Below, one piece after another: positions 1-9,616 of a stretch of DNA of 64,000 bases. Below the pieces are notes generated by a model. It worked only from the letters and a program-made list of their open reading frames with translations, did not search any database and was not told the DNA's origin. Each line of letters begins with the position of its first letter. The first letter of the stretch is position 1. The position numbers were made by a program, and so were the translations under genes. Location: the NCBI GenBank assembly GCA_963805625.1, contig CAWDVE010000018.1:80548-144547 (forward strand). The letters are read 5' to 3'. The stretch is from an uncultured Candidatus Rokubacteria bacterium (GTDB lineage Bacteria; Methylomirabilota; Methylomirabilia; Rokubacteriales; DASRDR01).

Positions 1-456
1 GCGGTGGATGCCTGTGTCGAGGCGGGCCGCCCCGTGTGGCTGGGCGTCCCCATGGTCACGACCGACGGCATCACGCGGAACGGCGAGACCATGGAGGATC
101 TGGCGAGGGCGCTGCGGGGGCATCCCGTCGAGGCCATCCTGCTCATGTGCAGCCGTCCGGAGGGCGTCAGCGCCACCCTGCCTCGCCTGCGTCAGGCCTT
201 CGACGGGGCGATCGGCGCCTACCCCAACGTCGGCTACAACCCGATGGCCCCCGTCGGCGGTCGCGTGCACCTCGGCCCGGACATCATTTCGGCTCAGGCC
301 CACAGCCCGTCGCGGCTGGCGGAGCTCGCCCAGGAGTGGATCGAGATGGGCGCCCAGATCGTCGGGGGCTGCTGCGCCACCGGCCCCGAGCACATCATGG
401 CCATGAAGGTCGTGGTCGACGGCGTCCGGCGTTCGAAGCGCGAGCCTGTCGGCTGA
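1..456 (+). CDS. Homocysteine S-methyltransferase family protein, C-terminal part (truncated by window edge)
   Basis: LLMCS Cys, GAYPN and GGCCATGPEHI Zn-binding motifs of the S-methyl_trans family. Confidence 0.85.
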   Translation, partial: AVDACVEAGRPVWLGVPMVTTDGITRNGETMEDLARALRGHPVEAILLMCSRPEGVSATLPRLRQAFDGAIGAYPNVGYNPMAPVGGRVHLGPDIISAQAHSPSRLAELAQEWIEMGAQIVGGCCATGPEHIMAMKVVVDGVRRSKREPVG

Positions 457-467
457 CGATCCCGGCC

Positions 468-2495
468 ATGCGAATCGTCGAGACGCTGCCCCACCGGGTT
501 CGTGAGATCGAGAACGTCTGGATCCCTGCCGGACGCACGGGCCACCGCATGGCGGCGCGCCTGTGGCTCCCGGAGGGCGCGGAGGATCGCCCGGTGCCGG
601 CGATCCTCACCTACCTGCCGTACCGCAAGCGGGATTCGACCCGCGCGGGCGACGATCCGATGCACCGCTACTTCTCCGGGCATGGGTACGCGTGCCTCCG
701 CGTCGACATGCGCGGCTCCGGCGACTCCGACGGGCTGATGGACGACGAGTACGCGGCGCAGGAGCTCGGCGACGGCAAGAATCTGATCGCGTGGATCGCG
801 GCCCAATCCTGGTGCACCGGCAAGGTCGGCATGATCGGCAGCTCCTGGGGTGGGTTCAACGCCCTCCAGATCGCGGCCCTCCGCCCCCCCGCACTCGCGG
901 CGATCATCACCAACTGCTCGACCGACGACCGGTACACCGACGACATGCACTACATGGGCGGATGTCTGCTCAACGACACCCTCGACTGGGGCTCGTCCTT
1001 CTTCGCCCGCCTGCACCGGCCACCGGATCCGGAGATCTCGGGCCCCGACTGGCGCCGGAAGTGGCAGGAGCGGCTGGATCAGCTCGCCTTGCCGCTCGCC
1101 GTGTGGCTCCGGCACCAGCGGCGCGACCGGTACTGGAAGCACGGCTCGGTCAACGAGGACTACGCGGCGATCCAGTGCCCGGTCTTCGCCACCGGCGGGT
1201 GGATGGACGGCTACTCGAACGCCATCCCCCGGCTCCTCGCGCACCTCCGGGTGCCGCGGCTCGGGCTCATCGGCGCGTGGGGTCACAAGTACGGCCACCA
1301 GGCCGTCCCGGGACCGGCGATCGGCTACCTGCAGGAGTGCCTTCGCTGGTTCGACCATTGGCTCCGGGGCCGGGACACCGGGATCATGCGCGAGCCGATG
1401 CTGCGTGCGTTCATGCAGGAGGAGGTGCCGCCCACCGGCGACTATCCGGTCTGCCCCGGCCGCTGGGTCGCCGAGCCGGTGTGGCCGTCGCCCGCGATAC
1501 GGCACCAACGGCTTCATCTGAACGCGGGCGGCGCGCTCCGCGCCCGGGCGGGCCGCGCCGTGACGCTCACCCACCGGTCGGAGCAGACGATCGGCGTCGG
1601 CGGCGGCGAGTGGTGTCCTCACGGCGTCGGCGGCTACGGGCCGCAGTGCCCGACCGACCAGCGGGAGGACGACGTGCGGAGCCTCGTGTTCGAGACGGAG
1701 CCGCTGCGCCGGCCGCTCGAGATCCTGGGTCAGCCAGCGGTTACGCTGGCGCTCACCGTGGACAAGCCGGTGGCGTTCGTCGCGGTCCGGCTCAACGACG
1801 TCTTTCCGGACGGCCACGTGTCACGGGTGACCTTCGGCGTCCTCAACCTCACCCACCGGGACTCCCACGAGTTCCCGGCGCCCGTGCCGGTGGGGAAACG
1901 GCTCCGCGTCCGGGTGCCGCTCAACGACATCGCCTACTCCTTCAAGACCGGGCACCGGGTGCGTGTGGCGATCTCGACGACCTACTGGCCGATGGTGTGG
2001 CCTGCGCCGGAGCCGGTGACGCTTCGCCTCGCGACTGGTGCGAGCGTGCTCGAGCTGCCGGTCCGCGCGCGGCGCCCCATCGACGCGAAGGTCCGGTTCG
2101 CGCCGCCGGAGCAGGGGCCGCCGATGACCAAAGTCGTGGTCGAGCCGCCCACCTCGGTCCGCGTCATCGAGCGGGACGTGGTCACAGGAACCGTCACCGT
2201 CCGGGCCGAGGAGAACGAAGGGCGGGCCGTCATCATCGACACCGGCGTCGAGATCGGCCGCTGGGTCCAGGAGCGCTTGACCGTCACCGAGGGCGATCCC
2301 CTGAGCGCCGAGACCGCGATGGGCAGCATCTTCACCTACGCGAAGGGCGACTGGCGGACCAAGGTGTCCGGCCGCTGCACGCTCCGCGCGACGCGGACCC
2401 ACTGGCTGCTCTCGGCCGACCTCGACGCCTGGGAGGGCGACGAGAAGATCTTCAGCCGCCACCTGGAGGTGCCGATCCGGCGCGACCTGATGTGA
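468..2495 (+). CDS. CocE/NonD family serine hydrolase (peptidase S15 type), paralog 1
   Basis: PAILTYLPYRKRD, VDMRGSGDSDG, nucleophile GSSWGG, GWMDGY, WGHKY, C-terminal jelly-roll region; start taken at ATG 468. Confidence 0.9.
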   Translation: MRIVETLPHRVREIENVWIPAGRTGHRMAARLWLPEGAEDRPVPAILTYLPYRKRDSTRAGDDPMHRYFSGHGYACLRVDMRGSGDSDGLMDDEYAAQELGDGKNLIAWIAAQSWCTGKVGMIGSSWGGFNALQIAALRPPALAAIITNCSTDDRYTDDMHYMGGCLLNDTLDWGSSFFARLHRPPDPEISGPDWRRKWQERLDQLALPLAVWLRHQRRDRYWKHGSVNEDYAAIQCPVFATGGWMDGYSNAIPRLLAHLRVPRLGLIGAWGHKYGHQAVPGPAIGYLQECLRWFDHWLRGRDTGIMREPMLRAFMQEEVPPTGDYPVCPGRWVAEPVWPSPAIRHQRLHLNAGGALRARAGRAVTLTHRSEQTIGVGGGEWCPHGVGGYGPQCPTDQREDDVRSLVFETEPLRRPLEILGQPAVTLALTVDKPVAFVAVRLNDVFPDGHVSRVTFGVLNLTHRDSHEFPAPVPVGKRLRVRVPLNDIAYSFKTGHRVRVAISTTYWPMVWPAPEPVTLRLATGASVLELPVRARRPIDAKVRFAPPEQGPPMTKVVVEPPTSVRVIERDVVTGTVTVRAEENEGRAVIIDTGVEIGRWVQERLTVTEGDPLSAETAMGSIFTYAKGDWRTKVSGRCTLRATRTHWLLSADLDAWEGDEKIFSRHLEVPIRRDLM

Positions 2496-2698
2496 TGGCC
2501 CGGCCGCCGGGGAAGCCCGCTCCCGAGGTGGAGCGTCTCGCCTCGGCCGACGGAATCCGGGCGTCGGGCGGTCGACGGAACGAAAGGACGGGAACGCGCG
2601 ACGCGCGGTGACGCGGGGCCGGCGATCCGCGTCCGATCGCGAGGCGGGCGTGAGGGCTCGGGGGGCAGAGCTCGGAAGGGCCGGGCCCTCCGGCCGGG

Positions 2699-3916
2699 TC
2701 AGGCCATGCCGGTCATGCCGCCGCCGTTGCCACCTCCGGTCCGTCGGGGACCCTCGAGCTCGCCCAGGCTCTCCAGCACCCACTGGTTGAACTGATGGCA
2801 CCCGCTCTCCTGCGGGACGAAGTTGCCGTGCGCCAGCGGCCGGGCGTGGAGCCCCTCCTGCTGCCACTCGCAGTTCCGGGCGTCCTGGCGGTTCGTCAGG
2901 TCCCAGAGAGCGACGTAGTGGTCGAGGTCGAACTCCGGGCGCTTCATGCTCTCCGGCTCGAACAGCCAGTCGTAGATCATGCGGACGCTCTCGGGCCCCG
3001 TCGCCAGCATCTGATGCGAGTTGACGTAGTCCGGGTGCACGTTGAGGAAGAAGTTCGGCCGCAAGGTCTGCGACTGGTAGAGGTTGGTCCGCTCCTCGGC
3101 CGACAGCCCCTTGAACGGCGGGATGCGCGCCGTCCCATCCATCGTGAGCGTTGCCGCGCCGGGCTTGTAGCGGGGCCGCGCCGAGGCGAGCGGATTGCCG
3201 GCCTCGTCCGTGCGGAGACCCCAGGCGCCGGCGTCCCAGAAGAGGGTGGCGATCTCGCAGAGCTCGGGATGCACGGGGGGACAGTGGAAGCACTCCGAGA
3301 AATTCTCGAAGAGGAGCTTCCAGTTGGCCTTGACGTCCATGACGATCCGCTTCCCGATCCGGAGGTCCGAGAAGCCGTAGTTCTTGAACCGCTCCGGCAC
3401 GTCGCCGAGGGCGTCGCCGAGGGGCGCGGCCTGGTCGCCGGCCAGGTTGACGAAGATGAAGCCGCCCCAGGTGCCGATGGCTACCTGGAAGAGGGGGTAG
3501 TCCGCCCGGTCGAAGCCTGCGGTCTCCATCTGGCGCGGGGTGCCGACGAGCCGCCCGTCCAGGCTGTAGGTCCAGGTGTGGTAGGGGCACACGAGGCTTC
3601 GGCCGGGAAGCCGGCCCTGCTCCTCGGTGCAGAGGATCGAGCCGCGATGGCGGCACGTGTTGTGGAAGGCGCGGAGCTGGCCGTCGAGATCTCGGAGGAT
3701 GACGATGCTCTGGGTGCCGATCTTGATGACCTTGTAGTCCCGGGGCGCGGGCACTTCCTCTTCACGCCCGGCCATGACCCACATGCCGTACCAGAAGACC
3801 TCGAGCTCCCGCTCGTAGTGCTGGGGGTCGTAGTAGTAGCGCGCGGGGATGCTGGGCTCGAGCTGGTCGAGCGCCACCCGCCGCACGTGATACGTGGATG
3901 CCTGCGACCCCTGCAT
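2699..3916 (-). CDS. Rieske non-heme iron oxygenase alpha subunit (GbcA/Stc2/choline monooxygenase-like)
   Basis: Rieske CRHRG...CPYHTW; mononuclear Fe motif ENFSECFHCPPVHPEL and QD; SD GGAGG upstream. Confidence 0.9.
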   Translation of the reverse strand: MQGSQASTYHVRRVALDQLEPSIPARYYYDPQHYERELEVFWYGMWVMAGREEEVPAPRDYKVIKIGTQSIVILRDLDGQLRAFHNTCRHRGSILCTEEQGRLPGRSLVCPYHTWTYSLDGRLVGTPRQMETAGFDRADYPLFQVAIGTWGGFIFVNLAGDQAAPLGDALGDVPERFKNYGFSDLRIGKRIVMDVKANWKLLFENFSECFHCPPVHPELCEIATLFWDAGAWGLRTDEAGNPLASARPRYKPGAATLTMDGTARIPPFKGLSAEERTNLYQSQTLRPNFFLNVHPDYVNSHQMLATGPESVRMIYDWLFEPESMKRPEFDLDHYVALWDLTNRQDARNCEWQQEGLHARPLAHGNFVPQESGCHQFNQWVLESLGELEGPRRTGGGNGGGMTGMA

Positions 3917-4161
3917 ACGTCCTCCTTGTCGGTTCTCCCGGCGATCCCGCGGCAGCCCCGAGGCGCCGAGGCGGACCGGCCTGACAACCTCCTATTGTAC
4001 GCGCCCGGCGCCCGCTTTCGCGCCTCTCCCACGCGGCCCCGCCGGGCACGCCGAACGGCGCGGAGGCCGGTGGCGGCTGGTGCCGGCCTGAGGGGTGGGG
4101 TATCGTCGGCGATCGGGGGCGAAGCGCCCCGAACATCCACTCGGCGGGGGGGCGACTGGCC

Positions 4162-5172
4162 ATGTCAGAGCGTGCGCCGCAGGACTGGGAGGTATCCCCG
4201 CGCGCGACCGAGCTGCATCGCTCGGCGCTCGTGTGGGACGATCATGGCGGCTTCGCGTACAGCACGGCCTCGGCGCTGAAGGACCTCCAGCGCTGGCGCG
4301 CCTCGGGCATCGACTACCTGTCCATCAACGTCGGCTACGACGTGACACCGTGGACCCTGGCGGTCGAGGCCGTGTCGCAGGACCGGCACTGGATCCGGGC
4401 ACACCCCGAGGACTTCGTGCAGGTGAAGGGCGTGGACGACGTCCACCGCGCCAAGCGCGAGGGCAAGCTGGCCGTGTCCTTCGATCTGGAGGGCATGGAC
4501 GCCCTGAACGGGGACGTCGGCATGGTCGACGTCTACTACCGGCTGGGCGTGCGACAGATGCTGTTCGCCTACAACCGGAACAACAAGGCGGGCGGTGGCT
4601 GCCATGACGAGGACATCGGGCTCACGCCGTTCGGGCGCGACGTCATCCGCGAGATGAACCGCGTGGGCATGCTCGTGGACTGCTCCCACTCCGGGCACCG
4701 GACCACGATGGAGGCGATGGAGGCGTCGGCGGCGCCGGTCATCTTCTCGCACTCGAATGCGCGCCGCCTGTGCGACCACGAGCGCAACATCAAGGACGAT
4801 CAGATCAAGGGATGCGCGGCCACCGGCGGCGTGATCGCGGTCACGGGGGTCGGGCGCTTCCTCGGTCCTCGCGGGCCGGTGGTCGACCACCTGGTCGAGC
4901 ACATCGACTACATGGTGGAGCTCGTCGGCCCGGAGCACGTCGGCCTCGGCATGGACAGCGTGCTGCAGCAGAAGCCGCCGGGGGCGCCGTTCCGGGGCAG
5001 CCGGGCGTACTGGCCGGAATCCCAGTACCCGGACAGCGGCTCCGGCTATGTCGATCCCGAGGCCTGGCCGCGCATCACCCAGGCCCTCCTCGACCGCGGT
5101 TACGGGGAGGCCGCCGTCCGTGGGATCCTGGGGAAGAACTTCCTCCGCGTCGCCGAGCGCGCGTGGAAGTGA
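4162..5172 (+). CDS. Membrane dipeptidase (M19, amidohydrolase fold)
   Basis: LEG, REMNRVGMLVDCSH, PVIFSHSN, HERNIKD, HVGLGMD, ILGKNFLRV motifs. Confidence 0.85.
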   Translation: MSERAPQDWEVSPRATELHRSALVWDDHGGFAYSTASALKDLQRWRASGIDYLSINVGYDVTPWTLAVEAVSQDRHWIRAHPEDFVQVKGVDDVHRAKREGKLAVSFDLEGMDALNGDVGMVDVYYRLGVRQMLFAYNRNNKAGGGCHDEDIGLTPFGRDVIREMNRVGMLVDCSHSGHRTTMEAMEASAAPVIFSHSNARRLCDHERNIKDDQIKGCAATGGVIAVTGVGRFLGPRGPVVDHLVEHIDYMVELVGPEHVGLGMDSVLQQKPPGAPFRGSRAYWPESQYPDSGSGYVDPEAWPRITQALLDRGYGEAAVRGILGKNFLRVAERAWK

Positions 5173-5186
5173 TCCCCACGTCCTGA

Positions 5187-5912
5187 CGCTACCCGGAGCA
5201 AGCCGAAGCGCGCCCCACCCACGCGAGCGCCGAGGCCGGCGCCATCGGGGAGGGCTGCCTCCGCCGCGACGCCCCAGACGACGTCCACGTCCTGCGCGAT
5301 CGGCTGGCTGTCGTCCAGCCCGGGCCAAGCGCGGGGCGACTCCCGGGCGAGGCCCTCCTCATCTCGTCCCTTCGCCTGATCGGGCCGTTCGTGTTCCTGA
5401 ACGTCTGGCTCGGCGACCAGGCGCAACTGAGCGATCGGCGATGCGGCTGCCCGCTGGAGACAATCGGATGGACAACGCACCTCCGCTCGATCCGCAGCGA
5501 GGAGAAGCTCACCGCGTGGGGCATGTCGCTGCTCGATAGCGACATCGTCCAGGTGCTCGAGGAGACGCTGCCGGCGCGCTTCGGCGGAGGGCCGACGCAC
5601 TACCAGCTGGTCGAAGACGCAACGGAGGACGACCTTCCGCGACTGCGGCTCCTGATTCACCCTGAAGTGGGGCCGGTGGACCCCGCGCAGGTGACCGCCG
5701 CATTCCTCGAGGCCATCGCGCCCGGGAGCGGTGCAGAGCGGGTCGCCCGGCTCGTGTGGGATCAGGCGGAAGCGGTCCACGTGGAGCGACGCCCGCCGCT
5801 AGTGGGAGCGAGCGGGAAGATCCACCACATCCATCCCGCTGCGGCCGGCGGCGCACCCTCGGCCAACCGCTGCCGCGTCGCGGCGGACCTCGGGAGGCGA
5901 CCGATCGGGTGA
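5187..5912 (+). pseudogene. N-terminally truncated remnant of a PaaK/adenylate-forming ligase-like protein
   Basis: Frame is open from the TGA at 5184-5186 with no start codon (..EAGAIGEGC..DDVHV..FLNVWLGD..CGC..RS.EK..YQLVE..SGKI); these are C-terminal motifs of PaaK-like ligases. Confidence 0.55.
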
Positions 5913-6841
5913 TGAGATATCAACGCTTCGCCCCGCTCGGCCGAGACCTGTCCCGGCTTGTCCTCGGCACGGCCGTCTACGAACACGCCCCGCTCGACGT
6001 GGCTCTCGACCTCCTCGACGCCTTCCGCGACCTCGGCGGCAACGTGGTCGACACAGGACGCGAGTACGGCAACGCGGAGCCCATCCTCGGTCGCTGGCTG
6101 CGCGAGCGCGACCTGGTCGACGAGATCGTCGTCCTCACCAAGGGCGCCCACTACGACAAGGACACCGGCCGGAGTCGCGTCAACCCAAGGGAGATCACAC
6201 AGGATCTCGAAGAGAGCCTCAAGGCGCTCGGGCGGACATCCATCGACATCTACTGCCTGCACCGGGACGATCCGAGCGCCCCCGTGGGGGCCATCCTCGA
6301 GAGCCTCAGCCAGCACCAGCGCTCGGGGCGCATCCGTGTCGTCGGCGCCTCCAACTGGACGGTCGCGCGCCTCGAGGAAGCCGCCCGTCATGCCGCTCGG
6401 CACGGGCTCGATGGGTTCGCCTGCTCGAGCCCGGGCCTGAGCCTCGCCGCCCCCAAGGAACAGCCATGGCCCGGCTGTGTCACGATCCACGAGCCCGCGA
6501 TCCGCGCGTGGTACGCGCAGCGCCAGCTCCCGGTCTTCGCGTGGGCGTCGCTCGCCGGCGGCTTCTTTGCCGGTGTCCAGGGCGCCGACGTCGCGCGCGT
6601 GTACGAGAACGCCGATAATCGCGAGCGCCTCCTGCGGGCGCGAGCGCTCGGCTACCGTAAGGGGGCCACACCCGGCCAGATAGCGCTCGCCTGGGTCCTC
6701 CACCAGCCCTTTCCCATCTACGCCCTCATCGGGCCGAGGAGTGTCGCGGAGCTTCGTGAGAGCGTCGCCGCGCTCGACCTCGACCTGACGCCGGCAGAGT
6801 GGCGCTGGCTCGACCTGGAGCAGGACACCGAGGGAGGCTAG
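5912..6841 (+). CDS. Aldo/keto reductase
   Basis: DTGREYG, LTKG, IDIYCLHRDD, GASNW, QIALAWVL, ALIGPRS; start overlaps the upstream stop, GGGAGG SD. Confidence 0.9.
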   Translation: MRYQRFAPLGRDLSRLVLGTAVYEHAPLDVALDLLDAFRDLGGNVVDTGREYGNAEPILGRWLRERDLVDEIVVLTKGAHYDKDTGRSRVNPREITQDLEESLKALGRTSIDIYCLHRDDPSAPVGAILESLSQHQRSGRIRVVGASNWTVARLEEAARHAARHGLDGFACSSPGLSLAAPKEQPWPGCVTIHEPAIRAWYAQRQLPVFAWASLAGGFFAGVQGADVARVYENADNRERLLRARALGYRKGATPGQIALAWVLHQPFPIYALIGPRSVAELRESVAALDLDLTPAEWRWLDLEQDTEGG

Positions 6842-7112
6842 CCTGCGCGGAGTCGCGGCGGCCGAGCCGCCGAGGCGCGAGAAGTGCTGGTCCGCCCGTC
6901 CTTCCACCTTGGAAGTGGAGGTACGCGCCACCGAGGGAGCGCCCTTCCGCGCGTGCGCGATGCGCACCGCGCCAAGTCGCACACCCCGAGGGCGCGGCCT
7001 CCGCACTCCACGGCCGGTCTGCCGGAAGTCGATGCCTCGTCGCAGATCGGAAGCTCCCGCGCTGCGGGGTGCGGAGCCCGACGGGCCGGCCCCCGCCGCC
7101 GGCCGGCGCGGA

Positions 7113-7337
7113 TCAGCCCTCGTACTTGAAGGAGACCTGCACCCGCGCGCGATAGGCGACGATCCTCCCGTTGTCGATCTTCACGTCGAGCTTCTGGACC
7201 TCCGCGATCCGGAGGTCCCGGAGTGACCGCGTCGCCGTCTCTACCGCGTTCTGGGTGGCCTCCTCCCACGAGCGCTTGCTGGTCCCGATGATGTCGATGA
7301 CCCGGTACACGCCTTCGCCGGATGCCTTCTTCGCCAT
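7113..7337 (-). CDS. Dodecin family flavin-binding protein
   Basis: 74 aa, VYRVIDIIGTS..SWEEA..NAV..A..SLRDLR...YRARVQVSFKYE; GGGAGG SD. Confidence 0.9.
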   Translation of the reverse strand: MAKKASGEGVYRVIDIIGTSKRSWEEATQNAVETATRSLRDLRIAEVQKLDVKIDNGRIVAYRARVQVSFKYEG

Positions 7338-7481
7338 CGTTCGTCCTCCCGTCGCCACGAGGCCCTGTGTGAAGATCGCACGTCTCTCCGATCGGTAGCA
7401 TAGCCCCGGAGCCGATCCGCAGTGAGGCGCGATCTCGGCGGAGTGGGTCCGAGGCGCGCCGCCGGTCACCGGACAAGCCGG

Positions 7482-7487
7482 TATAAT
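7482..7487 (+). promoter_or_regulatory. -10 box TATAAT, probable leaderless promoter of CocE paralog 2
   Basis: Perfect TATAAT 8 nt before GTG 7496, no SD. Confidence 0.55.
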
Positions 7488-7495
7488 CCGACGCC

Positions 7496-9511
7496 GTGAC
7501 CATCGTGGCGACGTTCCCGCGGGCGATCCAGCGGCTCGACCCGGTCTGGATCCGGCTCAGGGACGGGACGCGCCTGGCGGCGCGCGTCTGGCTCCCCGTC
7601 GACGCCGAGGCGAGCCCCGTGCCCGCCATCCTCGAGTACCTCCCCTATCGTCGGCGTGACTTCACCGCGCAGCGGGACGCGCTGACTCACCCCTACGTCG
7701 CCGGGCACGGTTACGCCTGCGTCCGCGTGGACATGCGCGGCAGCGGCGACTCGGACGGTGTCCTCACCGACGAGTACCTCCCGCTCGAGCAGGACGACGC
7801 GGTGGAGGTCATCGCCTGGCTCGCCGCCCAGCCGTGGTGCACCGGGGCGGTGGGCATGATGGGCAACTCCTGGGGCGGGTTCAACGCGCTCCAGGTCGCC
7901 GCCCGCCGGCCCCCGGCGCTCCGGGCGATCATCACCTCCTGCTCCACGGACGACCGCTACGCCGACGACATCCACTACATGGGCGGGTGCCTCCTCACGG
8001 ACAACCTGCGCTGGGCGTCGACCATGTTCGCCCACAACTCTCGCCCGCCGGACCCGGCGGTCGTCGGCGCGCGCTGGCGAACGATGTGGCTCGAGCGCCT
8101 CCGCGGGAGCGGCCTCTGGGTCGACACGTGGCTCCGCCACCAGCGGCGCGATGCCTTCTGGCGCCAAGGCTCGGTGTGCGAGGACTTCGCCGCGATCCAG
8201 TGCCCGGTCCTCGCGGTGGGCGGCTGGCTGGACGGCTATTCCAACGCGATCCCGCGCCTGATGCAGGGGCTCGGCGTGCGGCGCCACGGCCTCATTGGCC
8301 AGTGGGCGCACCGCTACCCCCACATGGCCCTGCCCGGGCCAGCGGTGGGCTTCCTCCAGCTCGCCCTCCGCTGGTGGGACACCTGGCTCAAGGGCGTGGC
8401 TCCCAGGGACCCCGACGGGCCCCTGCTCCGCGTCTTCATGCCGGAGAGCGTCCCCCCCGCGGCCATGTACTCGACCCGACCCGGTCGCTGGGTCGCGGAG
8501 GGCGCCTGGCCCTCGCCCCGCATCACCCCGCGGCGGTACGTCCTTCACCGGGCTCGCCTCGCGCCTGAGCCCGGACCCGAGGTGCCGCTGTCGCTCCGCT
8601 CGCCGGAGACGCTCGGGCTCCACGCTGGCCGCTGGTGTCCCTACGGTCTCACGCCCGATCTCCCGCTGGACCAGCGGCTCGAGGACGGCGGGGCGCTCAC
8701 CTTCGACACCGATCCGCTCCCCGAACGGCTCGAGATCCTGGGCCCGCCGGTGGCCGACCTCGAGGTGGCGGTGAACCGGCCGGTGGCGCTGGTCGCCGCG
8801 CGCCTCTCCGATGTCGCCCCCGACGGCGCGGCCACGCGCGTCAGCTACGGCCTCCTCAACCTCACCCACCGGGAGAGCCACGAGCACCCGACGGCGCTCG
8901 AGCCGGGGCGCCGCTACCGGGTGCGCCTCCAGCTCAACGACGTCGCGCAGGCCTTCCCGGCGGGGCACCGCATCCGCCTCGCGCTCTCGACCGCCTACTG
9001 GCCGACCGTCTGGCCGGCGCCCGAGCCGGTCACGCTGACGCTCTACACCGGCGCCAGCGCCCTCACTCTCCCGGTGCGGCCCCCCGATCCGGCGGACGCT
9101 GCGCTCCCTCCGCTACCGCCCGTCGAGACCGCGCCCCCACTCCCGGTCACGGCATACGAGCCGTCGCGCTCCGAGCGTGTCGTCCACCACAACGTCACGA
9201 CCGGCGAGGTGACGCTCGACTGGACCCAGGACAGCGGCCCCCACCGGTATGACGACATCGACCTCACGGTGCACACGCTGACCGCTGACCGTTTCACGAT
9301 CCGACCCGAGGATCCCCTGTCCGCGTGCGTGGAGATCGCCTGGACGGTCCGGCTCGCCCGCGGGAGCTGGGGTGTGGAGACGCGGACCCGGACACGGCTC
9401 ACGGCAACCCGGAACACCTTCGAGCTCTTCGCGAGCCTCGAGGCGTTCGAGGGAGACACGCCGGTCCACGAGCAGCACTGGGAGCGGTCGATCCCACGCG
9501 ATCTGGTCTGA
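7496..9511 (+). CDS. CocE/NonD family serine hydrolase, paralog 2
   Basis: Same motifs as 468-2495 (GNSWGG, STDDRYADDIHYMGGCLL); colinear paralog. Confidence 0.9.
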   Translation: MTIVATFPRAIQRLDPVWIRLRDGTRLAARVWLPVDAEASPVPAILEYLPYRRRDFTAQRDALTHPYVAGHGYACVRVDMRGSGDSDGVLTDEYLPLEQDDAVEVIAWLAAQPWCTGAVGMMGNSWGGFNALQVAARRPPALRAIITSCSTDDRYADDIHYMGGCLLTDNLRWASTMFAHNSRPPDPAVVGARWRTMWLERLRGSGLWVDTWLRHQRRDAFWRQGSVCEDFAAIQCPVLAVGGWLDGYSNAIPRLMQGLGVRRHGLIGQWAHRYPHMALPGPAVGFLQLALRWWDTWLKGVAPRDPDGPLLRVFMPESVPPAAMYSTRPGRWVAEGAWPSPRITPRRYVLHRARLAPEPGPEVPLSLRSPETLGLHAGRWCPYGLTPDLPLDQRLEDGGALTFDTDPLPERLEILGPPVADLEVAVNRPVALVAARLSDVAPDGAATRVSYGLLNLTHRESHEHPTALEPGRRYRVRLQLNDVAQAFPAGHRIRLALSTAYWPTVWPAPEPVTLTLYTGASALTLPVRPPDPADAALPPLPPVETAPPLPVTAYEPSRSERVVHHNVTTGEVTLDWTQDSGPHRYDDIDLTVHTLTADRFTIRPEDPLSACVEIAWTVRLARGSWGVETRTRTRLTATRNTFELFASLEAFEGDTPVHEQHWERSIPRDLV

Positions 9512-9616
9512 TGGACGGACGGCCGCGTCGGCCGGGCCGCGGCTCGCGAAGCCCGCGCGCGTCCGGGCCTTGCGAGCCTCGCGCACCCGCCCTATGATCC
9601 CCGCGCGAGGCGCTTC

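Noticed and set aside
3917-4161. Possible riboswitch (SAM/glycine) in the intergenic region; also checked 19864-19970
   Set aside because: No consensus motifs recognised, only GC-rich hairpins and -10-like boxes
6842-7112. 270-bp gap between convergent genes as a possible ncRNA or small ORF
   Set aside because: No recognisable RNA motif or convincing protein
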